In this document: in pieces, positions 23,873-34,268 of the stretch
How positions within the stretch are numbered: the stretch's first letter is position 1
How the letters are laid out: each line of letters opens with the position of its first letter
Source: a virus
Taxonomy: Duplodnaviria; Heunggongvirae; Uroviricota; Caudoviricetes
Virus record (IMG/VR): IMGVR_UViG_2585427593_000001
Span: 1-56,831 of that record
DNA length: 56,831 nt
Strand: one strand, 5' to 3'
Notes under the pieces: model-generated
The model's database searches: none
Told to the model about the DNA's origin: nothing
What the model saw: only the letters and a program-made list of their open reading frames with translations
Made by a program: the position numbers and the translations under genes

Positions 23873-25133
23873 GATCGCCTCTCTCAAGCTTCATCGCCTG
23901 CAGAAGGTGGTCATGAACGACCCGCACCGCTTCCGGGTGGTCGTCGCCGGCCGTCGTTGGGGCAAGACGCAGGTCTCGAAGATCTCGCTCATCAAGTTTG
24001 CCGCGGTAAGGCAGAAGCAGCTGATCTGGTATGTGGCGCCGACCTACGCGATGGCGCGCGACCTGATGTGGAAGCCGCTCAAGGCGGCCATGCCCAAGGG
24101 CTGGATCAAGAAGATCAACGAGAGCCGCATGGAGATGCTGCTCATCAATGGCTCCGAAATCTCGCTGAAGGGCGCCGACAAGCCGGACTCGCTGCGCGGT
24201 GTCGGTCTCGATTTCGTGGTCATCGACGAAGCCCAGGACATCAAGGAAGAGACCTGGGAAGAAGTCCTGATGCCGACGCTGGCGACGACCAACGGCCGGG
24301 CGCTCTTCATCGGCACGCCGAAGTCATACAACTGGCTCTATCATCGCTTCATGCTCGGTCAGCGCGGCCCGATGGTCAAGGATCATCGCAAGCGCCTGGT
24401 CGCCAATGAATGGATGAGCTGGCAGTTCCCGACCATCACCTCGCCGTTCATCCCGCGTAAGGAAATCGAGGCGCGTCGCCGCGACATGGATCCTCGCTCG
24501 TTCCGTCAGGAATTCGAGGCGAGCTTCGAAACCATGTCCGGCCGCGTCTACTATCCGTTCAACCGCAATGAACATGTCGGCGACTATCCGTTCAATCCGA
24601 AGCTGCCGATCTATATCGGCATGGACTTCAACATCGATCCGATGTCCTCGATCATCATCCAGGAGCAGCCCGACGGCGAGATCTGGGTGGTCGACGAGGC
24701 GGTCATGTATGGTTCGAACGTCCAGGAGACGGCCGACGAACTGTCCAGGCGCTACTTCCGCTACTTCAACCAGATCGCGATCTTCCCGGACCCGGCCGGC
24801 AACAACCGCAACCACGACCGCGGTGAGTCCTCGCTCGACATCCTGCGCGAAGCCGGTTTCAAGCGGATCTACTTCAAGCGCAAGCACCCGGCCGTGCAGG
24901 ACCGCATCAACGCGGTCAACCGTCTGCTCTACACTGCAGAGGGCGAGACCAGGCTGCGCGTCAATTCCACCTGCCGCAAGTTCATCGATAGCCTCGAGCA
25001 GACGATCTATAAGGAAGGCACCAACGAGGTCGACAAGACCCAGGGCAACGAACACGCGACCGACGCTTTCGGCTATTACGCGGACTTCCGTCATCCGATG
25101 AAGAAGAGCCTCATTCTTGGTGTTTCGATTTAA
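23865..25133 (+). CDS. terL: Terminase large subunit
   Basis: AGRRWGKT, VIDEAQ, GTPK, nuclease GMDFNIDPM, HATDAFGY. Confidence 0.95.
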   Translation: MSEIASLKLHRLQKVVMNDPHRFRVVVAGRRWGKTQVSKISLIKFAAVRQKQLIWYVAPTYAMARDLMWKPLKAAMPKGWIKKINESRMEMLLINGSEISLKGADKPDSLRGVGLDFVVIDEAQDIKEETWEEVLMPTLATTNGRALFIGTPKSYNWLYHRFMLGQRGPMVKDHRKRLVANEWMSWQFPTITSPFIPRKEIEARRRDMDPRSFRQEFEASFETMSGRVYYPFNRNEHVGDYPFNPKLPIYIGMDFNIDPMSSIIIQEQPDGEIWVVDEAVMYGSNVQETADELSRRYFRYFNQIAIFPDPAGNNRNHDRGESSLDILREAGFKRIYFKRKHPAVQDRINAVNRLLYTAEGETRLRVNSTCRKFIDSLEQTIYKEGTNEVDKTQGNEHATDAFGYYADFRHPMKKSLILGVSI

Positions 25134-25141
25134 GCTTGCAA

Positions 25142-25161
25142 CTAAGTAAGCACTTACTTAC
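25142..25161. promoter_or_regulatory. Palindromic operator upstream of portal
   Basis: CTAAGTAAGCACTTACTTAC. Confidence 0.75.
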
Positions 25162-25190
25162 AATAGAGCTTCATTCACCCAGGAATAACC

Positions 25191-26825
25191 ATGCCTTCGA
25201 CGACCGCACAGAACGACGCCATGAGGGAATTCTTCGATCGCCGGCACCCCGGCTATCAGGAGAACCTTCCGCATTGGCGCTTTCTCGACGCCTGCTATCG
25301 GGGCGGCCGCGACTGGTTCTACGAAAACATCTTCCGCTACTTCAAGGAAGGCGAGAAGGAATTCGACAAGCGCGTTGAGCGCGCCTATCGCTTCAATCAC
25401 ACCCGCGAAGTCGTGGAGCTCGTCCAGAAGTATCTCTTCAAGGGCGAAATCACCCGCAACACCGCTGATGCGCCCGATGTCGTCACGCAGTTCTGGCAGA
25501 AGGCCATGCGCGGTGGCGCCAGCATCGATCAGCTGATGCGCCTGGTCTCCGTCAACAACTCGACGGGCGGCCGTGTCGCGATCGTGGTCGACAACAACTT
25601 CCAGGGCGAGGTCGAGATTGCCGAGGGCGTCACGCGTCCGGTGTCGATCGCCGAAGCCAAGGCACAGAATTTCCGCATCTACGCCTATACGGTGCCGGTC
25701 AAGGACATCCTCGATTTCGCATTCGACGAGGATGGCGACGGCGAGCTCCTGTGGGTGAAGCTGCGCGAGGTCGTCCGTGACGACAAGGATCCTTTCTACT
25801 CGACCGGCGAACTGGTCGAGCGCGTCCGGCTGTGGACCCGCACGGGCTGGGAACTCTACCAGGAGATGGAGACCGGCGAGACGACGGTCTTCAATGGCAT
25901 CCGCACCCCGGTCAAGAAGGTCGAGCTGGTCGACTTTGGCTATCACGAGCTCGGCTTCGTGCCGGTCTATTTCGCCGACCATACGATCAACGAGAATCCC
26001 TATCGTGTCACCGGCCTGATCGATGACATCGCTTATCTCGATCGCGCCGTCGCCAACTACCTTTCGAACCTGGATGCCATCATCCAGGACCAGACCTTCT
26101 CGCAGCTCGCGATCCCTTCCCAGGCGATCCAGTCGGGCGACGACATGTTCAACAAGGTGCTCGAAATGGGCACCAAGCGCATCTTTGTCTACGACGCTGG
26201 CGCTGGCTCGGGCTCCAAGCCTGAATATCTGTCGCCGGACCCGAAGCAGGCAGGTGTGATCCTCGCGGTGATCAACAAGATCATCAACGAAATCTACAAC
26301 ACCGTCGGCCTGGCCGGCGAGCGCACGAAGGAAGACAACGCCGTCGGCATCGACAATTCGTCCGGTGTCGCCAAGGCATACGACTTCGAGCGGGTGAACT
26401 CCCTTCTCCTGGCAAAGGCTCAGTCCTGCCAGAACGCGGAAAACTGGATGGTCAAGACTGTCCTTGCCTGGGCGGGTGAGAAGCCGCTCAAGGATGACCT
26501 CGTCAGCTACCCGACGACCTTCGACATCATGGGTCTCAACGATGAGCTTGTTACCGCCGAGGCACTGGCGAAGCTCCAGGGACCGATCGAAGTTCGCCGC
26601 GAGCAGATGAAGTCTGTGGTCGACAAGATCTTCCCGCAGCTCAAGAAGGAACTGCGTTCGAAGCTCCATGCCGACATCGACAAGTGGCTGGAAGGAACTG
26701 ACCTTCTCATGCTGCCCACGTCCATCGGTGGCACGGCCAAGCCTGCTGCCGCTCCCAATCGCCAGGGCGAAGTCACTTCGAAGACGCCCGCAAAGCCTGC
26801 CACGAACAAGGCTGCAGCCAAGTAA
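25191..26825 (+). CDS. Portal protein
   Basis: 544 aa after terL; RHP.Y...W...Y.GG N-terminus and SGVAKAYDF motif. Confidence 0.88.
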   Translation: MPSTTAQNDAMREFFDRRHPGYQENLPHWRFLDACYRGGRDWFYENIFRYFKEGEKEFDKRVERAYRFNHTREVVELVQKYLFKGEITRNTADAPDVVTQFWQKAMRGGASIDQLMRLVSVNNSTGGRVAIVVDNNFQGEVEIAEGVTRPVSIAEAKAQNFRIYAYTVPVKDILDFAFDEDGDGELLWVKLREVVRDDKDPFYSTGELVERVRLWTRTGWELYQEMETGETTVFNGIRTPVKKVELVDFGYHELGFVPVYFADHTINENPYRVTGLIDDIAYLDRAVANYLSNLDAIIQDQTFSQLAIPSQAIQSGDDMFNKVLEMGTKRIFVYDAGAGSGSKPEYLSPDPKQAGVILAVINKIINEIYNTVGLAGERTKEDNAVGIDNSSGVAKAYDFERVNSLLLAKAQSCQNAENWMVKTVLAWAGEKPLKDDLVSYPTTFDIMGLNDELVTAEALAKLQGPIEVRREQMKSVVDKIFPQLKKELRSKLHADIDKWLEGTDLLMLPTSIGGTAKPAAAPNRQGEVTSKTPAKPATNKAAAK

Positions 26826-26919
26826 CCGGCCGCGCCTGATCCTGTTTTGGTCCGAGATACTGGACCACCCGACTACGCCTACCCGCAACGCCCGAGAGAA
26901 TGGGCAAAGGAGACTGTAA

Positions 26920-27882
26920 ATGAAGACCGCAATCGCAACCGCAGGCGCAATCTACGCATCGTCCATGACGTATCCGGGCGCGCCTCAGATCATGTTTGCC
27001 CCTGAGACTGGCGCTGGTTCTGGTGGAGCCGGTGACGCTGACGCTATCGCTGCTGCCGCTGCAGCCGCTGCCGTCGAAAAGCATACCCAGGAAGTCGCAG
27101 CTGCTGAAGCTGCCGCTGCCGAGGCTGCTGCTGCCCAGGAACTGCAGGAAGCCGAAGACGCCGCTGCCGCTGCTGCTGAAGCCGGCAAGGATCCGAAGAC
27201 GCTCGCCGACGAGAAGGTCAAGCTTCTGCGCGAGGTCATGGACAAGAAGAACAAGCTCAAGGCCGCCGAACAGGCTGCCAAGGACGCCGCGGCCCAGCTC
27301 AAGGCATTCGAGGGCGTGGATCCGGCCAAGTATCGCGAGCTCATCAAGAAGGAGCAGGAGGCTGAACTTGCCGCTGCCGAAGCCAAGGGCGATTTCGATC
27401 GCGTGAAGGCTGTCATGGCCGAGGAGCACGGCAAGGAGAAGAAGACGCTCGAGGAGCGCATCGCCGACCTGGAAGGCAAGCTGTCTGCGAAGGACTCGGT
27501 GATCGATACCCTGACGATCGGCAATGACTTCGGTCAGTCGGCCTATATCAAGGATACCCTGACTCTGACGCCGGCCAAGGCTCGTCAGCTCTACGGTGAC
27601 CACTTCGAGGTGAAGGACGGCAAGACCGTGGCTTACGACAAGCCGAAGTCCGCAGCCAACCGCAATCCGCTGGTCGACTCCTCCGGCAATCCGCTGGTGT
27701 TCGATGAAGCCTTCAAGCGCATTATCGAGGCCGACCCGGACAAGGAGTCGCTCCTCAAGGCCAAGGTGACGCCGGGATCTGCCTCGAGCACCACGTCCCA
27801 GGTCAGGCCCGCGGCCACGCAGAAGGCGACCAATATCCTCTCCGGCGTCGACCGTATCCGGGCCTCCTTCGAAAAGAAGTAA
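26920..27882 (+). CDS. Capsid scaffolding protein
   Basis: Ala/Glu-rich coiled coil between portal and capsid genes. Confidence 0.75.
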   Translation: MKTAIATAGAIYASSMTYPGAPQIMFAPETGAGSGGAGDADAIAAAAAAAAVEKHTQEVAAAEAAAAEAAAAQELQEAEDAAAAAAEAGKDPKTLADEKVKLLREVMDKKNKLKAAEQAAKDAAAQLKAFEGVDPAKYRELIKKEQEAELAAAEAKGDFDRVKAVMAEEHGKEKKTLEERIADLEGKLSAKDSVIDTLTIGNDFGQSAYIKDTLTLTPAKARQLYGDHFEVKDGKTVAYDKPKSAANRNPLVDSSGNPLVFDEAFKRIIEADPDKESLLKAKVTPGSASSTTSQVRPAATQKATNILSGVDRIRASFEKK

Positions 27883-27910
27883 CCCCAACTCCTGACTTAT
27901 AGCGGAAAAA

Positions 27911-27982
27911 GTAAGTAACTGCTTACTTTTTCCCTTGCGCGCACGCCTGTTGTTGGACTATTGTAAGTAAGTGCTTACTTAC
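27911..27982 (+). promoter_or_regulatory. Capsid promoter with tandem operators
   Basis: TTGCGC-N18-TATTGT; operators at 27911-27930 and 27963-27982 (GTAAGTAAGTGCTTACTTAC). Confidence 0.7.
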
Positions 27983-28024
27983 GTAGTCCACGACGGGCTA
28001 CGTGCATTAAAGGAGAATTCACGT

Positions 28025-28924
28025 ATGCCGCTTCTGATGACCGAAGCCGCAAAGCTGGCTGAAGACGATCGCCAGCGCGGCATTATCGAGGAACTCCTCG
28101 ACAAGGACGAATTTTTCGCCCTCGTGCCCTTCGTTCGGGCCAAGGACGACACCTTCAGCTACACCCGCGAGCTTGCTCTGCCGGGCGCCGGCTGGATCGA
28201 TCCCTACGATGATATCGAAGAGTCGACTGGTCAGGTCGAGAACATCAGCACCAAGATCAAGATCCTGGCTGGTCAGTTCGATATCGCCAACTTCATCTCC
28301 GAAGTTAAGTCCGACATGTATGATCAGATCGCCGTCCAGGCGAAGTTCAAGATCAAGGCTGTCGGCCGCGACTTCAAGAACGTTCTCATCAACGGTGACT
28401 CCGCAGTCAATGCCAAGCAGTTCGACGGCCTGAAGAAGCTCGTCGTTGCCGATCGCACCCTGACCGCCGGCGCAAACGGTGCGGCTCTTGCCTACTCCGC
28501 TCTCGACGAGCTGAAGGATGCGGTTCCGCTCGGCTGTGACTTCCTGATGATGCGCTCCGAAACCTGGCGCGTTATCCGCGAGCTCAACCGTCTGCATGGC
28601 GGCAACACTGCCGAAATGATGATGGTCGAGAACTTCGGTGCTCCGATGCGCTTCTACGACGGCACGCCGGTCATCATCAACGACTACATCTCGAAGACCG
28701 AAACTCAGGGCTCCAGCTCTCTGACGACTTCGATCTACGCAGTCCGTGCAAACGAAGTCGACGGCTTCCACGGCCTCTGGGCCGGCGATGCCGCTGGCGT
28801 TCGCCTCGAAGAGATCGGCACCAACTTCAACAAGGACTCCAAGCGCTGGCGCGTCAAGTGGTATACCGGTGCGGCTCTCCGCGCTACCCACGCCGTTGCT
28901 CGCCTGAAGGGCGTCCTCATTTAA
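28025..28924 (+). CDS. Major capsid protein
   Basis: SD AAGGAG, ATG 28025; 299 aa; INGD...FDGL motif; strong codon bias. Confidence 0.9.
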   Translation: MPLLMTEAAKLAEDDRQRGIIEELLDKDEFFALVPFVRAKDDTFSYTRELALPGAGWIDPYDDIEESTGQVENISTKIKILAGQFDIANFISEVKSDMYDQIAVQAKFKIKAVGRDFKNVLINGDSAVNAKQFDGLKKLVVADRTLTAGANGAALAYSALDELKDAVPLGCDFLMMRSETWRVIRELNRLHGGNTAEMMMVENFGAPMRFYDGTPVIINDYISKTETQGSSSLTTSIYAVRANEVDGFHGLWAGDAAGVRLEEIGTNFNKDSKRWRVKWYTGAALRATHAVARLKGVLI

Positions 28925-28932
28925 GCTTGATA

Positions 28933-28981
28933 GTAAGTAAGAACTTACTTATTATGGGCGGGATCATTCCCGCCCATTTTG
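28933..28981 (+). terminator. Operator followed by Rho-independent terminator
   Basis: GTAAGTAAGAACTTACTTAT, then ATGGGCGGGA-TCAT-TCCCGCCCAT-TTT. Confidence 0.75.
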
Positions 28982-28997
28982 CTATTCGGAGAAAGCA

Positions 28998-29564
28998 ATG
29001 CCGCGCATCAAGCTCACGAAGCCCAGCTTCGCCAATCTGACCGGGCAGCTTCCCGGCAAGAAGTTCCGGGGTGTGAATTTCACCAGCGGCATTTCCGACG
29101 ACATTCCCCTTTTCGTGGTCGACAAGATTGCAGCCCAGATCGCCGGCTGCCGCCTGGTCGATGGCTCGGGCGTAGACCTCGGGCCGGCCGGCTCCTCCTA
29201 TCGCAAGACGACGATCATCCCGACCCCGACCATTCGGCGCACCGAGTCTGTCATCGCTGAAGGCTCCGACGCCACGCGCGTTCGCACTATCAGCACCACC
29301 ACCTATACGCTGGTCGCTACCGATGCTGGCATGATCCTCGACTTCACGGTCGGCACTGTCGTCACCGTTCCCGCATCACTCCCGGCCGCCTTCAACTGTG
29401 CGCTTCGCCAGGGTGGTGCCAATCAGATCCAGGTGGTCGCTGGCGCCGGCGCCGTCGTTGAAGAGATCGATGGCAAGTTCAAGTCCGAGAAGCGCCTGGC
29501 TCTGCTGACGCTCGCACGCTACCCGGACGGCAAGTTCCAGCTCATCGGAAGGACTTCGGCTTAA
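28998..29564 (+). CDS. Putative head decoration/adaptor protein
   Basis: N-terminus resembles that of 31172-31870; beta-rich C-domain TYTLVATDAG...VTVP...RQGGA. Confidence 0.6.
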   Translation: MPRIKLTKPSFANLTGQLPGKKFRGVNFTSGISDDIPLFVVDKIAAQIAGCRLVDGSGVDLGPAGSSYRKTTIIPTPTIRRTESVIAEGSDATRVRTISTTTYTLVATDAGMILDFTVGTVVTVPASLPAAFNCALRQGGANQIQVVAGAGAVVEEIDGKFKSEKRLALLTLARYPDGKFQLIGRTSA

Positions 29565-31156
29565 TGGCGTCGTTCCTGTCCTCGATCGTTGGTCTCATGG
29601 CAGGTGTAGCCGCGGCAGTTGTCGCAGCGCCGCCCGATGTCGATCCCGATCGCTACATGTTCTTTGCGACCCGCAACCGCGTCCCGACTGGCACGCTGGT
29701 CACGGCAGCTGCCGGCCACAACTACGTCACCACGAAGATCGTGGTCAACACGCCCGAATACCCGGTCAACCGTCTGCGCATCCACTTCTCGAACTTCCTG
29801 CTGACCGAAGGCGGGAACTCGCCGCGCGAGCAGGCGACGGGTGCGATCCAGACCAACGCCAAGGTCATCGATAAGGTATTTGCCTACGCCAATGGCGAAA
29901 TGGTGCAGGTCAAGTTCGGCGGCGCGCCTGGCCTGACCATCGCTACCGCGGCAAGGGGCGGCTGGTCGGACGAGATCGTTTTCACCAATAAGGTGCCTGC
30001 CGAGACCAAGGTCACCTTCTTCACCATCTATCACACGGCCGTTGGCGAGAAGCAGATCCCTGTCTATCGGATCCAGAAGCATCGCGGCGAACGCGTATGG
30101 TCGGGTGCCGACCTTGCGACGGTCGAAGCATATGTCAGCAATCCCGACGCCGACTCCGTTGGTCCTCTCGATGTAAGCTATGCCTCGCAGTCGCAGCCGC
30201 AGGTCTACGGCCCTGACTTCATGGTCGCCAAGGGCTGGGATGGCCGTCCGGTCGCCTGCTGCTTCGTGGACTCGATCGGTGAAGCTCGCCAGGAATTTAG
30301 CGCGGCCGCCGACGATCGCGGCAATCTCGGCTGGCTTCGTCGCTGGCTCGACAAGAAGGCCGGCATCGGTCGCATTCCGCACATGATGATGGCCGGGCCT
30401 GGCGCTCACGCTGAATACGAAATGACCGGCACCGGATCCAACATCGCTACGATGCGCTGGGACATTGTCGATGAAGTGAAGGCGATGAATGGTGGCACCA
30501 AGCTCCCCTTCACCGTGTTCGTCAACCAGCTGGGTCAGAACGACACCGGCACGACCATCGCTCAGTGGTGGACGCGTATTTTCAATCCGCGCACCCGGTC
30601 GAATACCCGCTATCCCGGCATTCGTCATGTCTACGTTCCTCCGCTGGGTCGCACCACGACCAACAACAATTGGAGGGACGCAGCCGGCCAGTCCTTTTCT
30701 GCAAACAATGTTTGGCCCGCCAACGAAGCCGATCCGGCGACCGGCAAGTGGGTAATGAGGGCGCGCATCCTGGCGCTTATGAGCAGCATTGCCGATGCTG
30801 CAATCGACACCTACGCCGCCTGGGCCTCTCCCAGCGCCGATGGCAAGTGGCCTGGTTACCTCGAGCTGCCGTTCTCCACGCTCACGCAGCCGCTGAACGC
30901 GACCGCCTCGATCACTGTCGCTGACGGTTCGATCTATACGCCCGAGCAGGTAATCCTGGTCGGCAACGCCAACAAGATCATTGCCGCTGTCAACGACAAC
31001 GTCATCACCTTCACCTCGGCTACCGCCGAAGTGCAGCCGGTCGGAACGCCGATCTATCAGATCCCGACGGTCGACGGGGTTCATCCCTATTCAGTCATGG
31101 TCAAGCGCATCGTCGCTGGCATCCCGCAGTCCGAAAAGCAGAAGCTTTTCGCTTAA
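29564..31156 (+). CDS. SGNH/GDSL-like esterase, probably virion-associated
   Basis: Block I variant FVDSI, block III LGQND, block V DGVHP. Confidence 0.7.
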   Translation: MASFLSSIVGLMAGVAAAVVAAPPDVDPDRYMFFATRNRVPTGTLVTAAAGHNYVTTKIVVNTPEYPVNRLRIHFSNFLLTEGGNSPREQATGAIQTNAKVIDKVFAYANGEMVQVKFGGAPGLTIATAARGGWSDEIVFTNKVPAETKVTFFTIYHTAVGEKQIPVYRIQKHRGERVWSGADLATVEAYVSNPDADSVGPLDVSYASQSQPQVYGPDFMVAKGWDGRPVACCFVDSIGEARQEFSAAADDRGNLGWLRRWLDKKAGIGRIPHMMMAGPGAHAEYEMTGTGSNIATMRWDIVDEVKAMNGGTKLPFTVFVNQLGQNDTGTTIAQWWTRIFNPRTRSNTRYPGIRHVYVPPLGRTTTNNNWRDAAGQSFSANNVWPANEADPATGKWVMRARILALMSSIADAAIDTYAAWASPSADGKWPGYLELPFSTLTQPLNATASITVADGSIYTPEQVILVGNANKIIAAVNDNVITFTSATAEVQPVGTPIYQIPTVDGVHPYSVMVKRIVAGIPQSEKQKLFA

Positions 31157-31171
31157 TAAGGAAACTCTAAT

Positions 31172-31870
31172 ATGGAAATGAAGAAGCTCAAGGTCGCAAC
31201 CGCACGTATGGCTGGCTATACCGGCGTCCTCGGCCCCGTTCGGTTCACCGATGGCGTATCCGATGAATATCTGCCGCGCCACATCCGCGACCGTATGGCC
31301 GCTTCGATGGAATTCCTTGAGGTCGACGCCCAGGGCAACGAACAGCCGGCCGGCGCCCAGCACCGCCTGATCACCGAAAGCGCCGAGCGCGCGCCGCAGC
31401 TTGCGCCGCTCACTCGTCAGACGGATGCCGAGAAGGCCGCTGAGATTGCGGCTGCGGCCGTCCTGTCCGCTAAGGTGCCGGTTCTGGAAACTCGTGAAAG
31501 TCTCGAAGAGATCGCCGCGAAGAAGGGCATCAAGGGCCTGCGCGAGATCGGCAAGAAGTGGAACGTCAAGCACCGCGCGATCCCGACGCTGATCGAAATG
31601 ATCCTCGACGCTCAGGAGAAGGTCGTCGCCGCCCGCACCAAGACGGAAGCCCCGGCGCCTGTCGGCGAAGAGCCGGAAGTCGTCGAGACTGACGATGAAA
31701 AGCCCGACGACTCGTCGATCGACCCGGCTGTCACTGATGAAACCGAGCGCCTGGCTGCTGAAAACGCGGCCGAGGCTGAGGCATTCCAGGCGGAGCAGGA
31801 GGCAATCAAGGCTGCCGCGGCAACCGGCGATCTTGCCGCTGCCATCTCCGCCGAAACCCCGCAGGAGTAA
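31172..31870 (+). CDS. Head-associated hypothetical protein
   Basis: N-terminal YTGVLGPVRFTDGVS; small helical LREIGKKWNVK motif; acidic tail. Confidence 0.65.
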   Translation: MEMKKLKVATARMAGYTGVLGPVRFTDGVSDEYLPRHIRDRMAASMEFLEVDAQGNEQPAGAQHRLITESAERAPQLAPLTRQTDAEKAAEIAAAAVLSAKVPVLETRESLEEIAAKKGIKGLREIGKKWNVKHRAIPTLIEMILDAQEKVVAARTKTEAPAPVGEEPEVVETDDEKPDDSSIDPAVTDETERLAAENAAEAEAFQAEQEAIKAAAATGDLAAAISAETPQE

Positions 31871-31875
31871 GATCC

Positions 31876-32694
31876 TTGAAGTTCTATCCCGAGGATTACA
31901 TCGTCGAGGTGGTCGTCAAGTTCACCGACCTCAATGGAGCAGCCGTCACCCCGACGGCTGTTTCTGCCGTTCTCTATAACGGCGACGATACCGAGGTCGT
32001 GGATTTCGGCTCGCTGCCCTTCGATGCATCCGAGGGACAGAAGACGATCTCCATCCCGAAGGAATTCAACCGGCTCGCGGACGGCGAGATCCGGGCAGCG
32101 CGCATTCTGCGTGTAGGCATCGAGACGGAGCAGGGCACTATCCCGCGCTCCTTCTCCTACGCGATCGAGTCCGAGCAGCGCCTGGTTCTGCTGACCAATA
32201 CCTTCGTCACGCTGGAAGCGGCCGAGTTCATGGCGCTCGATACGCCGAACGTCGCCGGCTGGAATGTCGCAAGCGACGACCAGAAGCTCGCAGCGCTCAC
32301 TGAAGCCTATCGCCGGCTCACTCAGATCCCGATGAAGTTCCCGACCTACGCGCCCGGCACGCGGTTCGACTCCTACAACACGATCGCCCCGCGCGAGCTC
32401 CTCGAGGAGACCGTGATCGAGCGCGATATGTGGGACGGTATCACCGGCGAGCAGTTCAACGATTTCCCGATCGCCTTCAAGAAGGCCGTGCGGCGCGCGC
32501 AATTTGTCGAGGCAAACGAGCTGCTGCAGGGCGACAACGTCGCCAAGAAGCATCGCCAGGGCATCGTGACCGAAACCATTGGCGAAAGCTCTGTGACGCT
32601 GCGCGACGGCCGCATCGATTACGGTATCGGCTCCGAGACGCTGAAGGCGCTGACCGGCTATATCTACTTCAACATGAGGATCCGGCGCGCTTGA
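31876..32694 (+). CDS. Probable head-tail adaptor
   Basis: Position; NTFVTLEAA...W...ALTEA...ETIGESS pattern. Confidence 0.65.
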   Translation: MKFYPEDYIVEVVVKFTDLNGAAVTPTAVSAVLYNGDDTEVVDFGSLPFDASEGQKTISIPKEFNRLADGEIRAARILRVGIETEQGTIPRSFSYAIESEQRLVLLTNTFVTLEAAEFMALDTPNVAGWNVASDDQKLAALTEAYRRLTQIPMKFPTYAPGTRFDSYNTIAPRELLEETVIERDMWDGITGEQFNDFPIAFKKAVRRAQFVEANELLQGDNVAKKHRQGIVTETIGESSVTLRDGRIDYGIGSETLKALTGYIYFNMRIRRA

Positions 32695-33440
32695 TCCCTC
32701 ATCGGCTTACCGAGGCGGCTGACCAGGCCGCTCGTCGCTACGATCTCCTGTCGCAGACCTTTAGCGCGCTCTATCGCAGCGCGCTGCTGTCGGCTGACTT
32801 CGGCTCTGCCAATCAATCGCCGGTGCTCTTCAACGACGCCTACGAGAACGCTGGCCTGTATTTCGAACGCGACAAGGACGAGCTCGCGATCCTTTCTCTC
32901 GAAATCGCTGAAAACGCTCACCAGAGCGCGTTAGCGAAAATTGCGAGCGTAGACTCGTCTGGCCTGTCGGACGCAGCCCTCGCGCATGTGAGCGAGACCC
33001 AGACGTATCTTTCAAACGAGATAGCAGCTCAGGTGCATCGCGATATCGCGCACATGCGATTTTCCCTGCAGCGGGCTGTTCTGGACGTGAGCATGATTGC
33101 CCGCACGCGCCGGCTCGATCATCGCCGGGCGCAGATGGCCTATGTGATGAAGAACACCGAGGATCTCGAGCTTCAGTTTGTCGATCGCCGCGGGCGCCGC
33201 ACGCCGACGCGCACGTTTGTCCGCTCGCTCTATCGCCAGGCGCTGCTGTCGATCCACAATGAGACGACGCTCCACGCGCTTGCCGATCACGGCATCGAGA
33301 CGGCCGCGGTGATGAAGCTCGAGGATGGTGTCGAAAAGCAGATCGACCGCATTTCGATCCATGACTACGCCGGGCTGCGCGCCAACCTCTTTCACCCGAA
33401 CTCGAATTCCTTCCTCGACGTGGAGATTGACGATGTTTGA
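32691..33440 (+). CDS. Head/neck hypothetical protein
   Basis: TTG 32691 overlapping the upstream stop; C-terminal LFHPNS. Confidence 0.55.
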   Translation: MIPHRLTEAADQAARRYDLLSQTFSALYRSALLSADFGSANQSPVLFNDAYENAGLYFERDKDELAILSLEIAENAHQSALAKIASVDSSGLSDAALAHVSETQTYLSNEIAAQVHRDIAHMRFSLQRAVLDVSMIARTRRLDHRRAQMAYVMKNTEDLELQFVDRRGRRTPTRTFVRSLYRQALLSIHNETTLHALADHGIETAAVMKLEDGVEKQIDRISIHDYAGLRANLFHPNSNSFLDVEIDDV

Positions 33441-33780
33441 GCCCAATGTGGTTGGCAAGCTCCTGCGGGTGACTGGCCGCGATGTTCATGCCCGGCCGAC
33501 CTATTCCGAGCCGGTGGACTGCCCGTGCGGCATCGTTAATCTGGACATCGGTTCGGACAAGACCGTTGTGCGCGCCGACTCCTCTGCCTCGCGCGGCTCT
33601 GCTGACGAAAAGAGCGCCCAGCGCGGCAAGATCCTGATCGCCAGCTATGTGACCGTGAACATCGGCGATCGCTTCGAGTTCGACGGCATGCCCTTCGAAA
33701 TCAAGTCGAAGCACGTCCGGCGCTCCGTCATGGGCGCGGTCGATCACTTCGAATGCGATATGGAGCTCCTGCCGGCATGA
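33433..33780 (+). CDS. Probable head closure/stopper protein
   Basis: 115-aa beta-rich protein in the neck cluster. Confidence 0.6.
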   Translation: MFEPNVVGKLLRVTGRDVHARPTYSEPVDCPCGIVNLDIGSDKTVVRADSSASRGSADEKSAQRGKILIASYVTVNIGDRFEFDGMPFEIKSKHVRRSVMGAVDHFECDMELLPA

Positions 33781-34268
33781 ACGGGCGTATCCGCATGACT
33801 GGCCTTGCTGCCGTGCGAACCGAGCTTCGCACGATGGCAACGCGCGTGCCTGAAGGGGCGCGCAAGACCATGCACCGCTCTGCCGAGATCATTGTCGAGC
33901 AGGCGAGGAAGTATGCGCCGGAAGACACCGGCAACCTGGTGCGCGGTATCCAGATCATCAAGGACTACGCCGGCGCCAACGGCCGCCTTCAGATCGACGT
34001 TGGGATCATGATGCCGCCTGACGCCTTCTCTGCCTCGGGCACGCCGCTGACTGAGGCGCAGTTCGACCGCTACGTGACGCTGGTCCACGAGAACTACGAG
34101 TCCATCATCGAGAAGCCCGGCAAGCGCACGCTTCAGAAGATGGGCGAGAACCCCGGCAAGGTCGGCTCAGGCTTTCTCACGCGCGCCGCGGCCGAGGAGA
34201 GCCAGAAGCTCGAGGCAAAGACGATCGCTGCCATCACCAGGATTATTGAAGAGGTTCAGAAGGACTAA
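33777..34268 (+). CDS. HK97 gp10-like tail completion protein
   Basis: ARKYAPEDTGNL...I motif; FLTRA. Confidence 0.75.
   Translation: MNGRIRMTGLAAVRTELRTMATRVPEGARKTMHRSAEIIVEQARKYAPEDTGNLVRGIQIIKDYAGANGRLQIDVGIMMPPDAFSASGTPLTEAQFDRYVTLVHENYESIIEKPGKRTLQKMGENPGKVGSGFLTRAAAEESQKLEAKTIAAITRIIEEVQKD

Noticed and set aside
27971-28024. GTG start of the capsid ORF given in the track
   Set aside because: It lies inside the operator; the ATG at 28025 has a proper AAGGAG SD.
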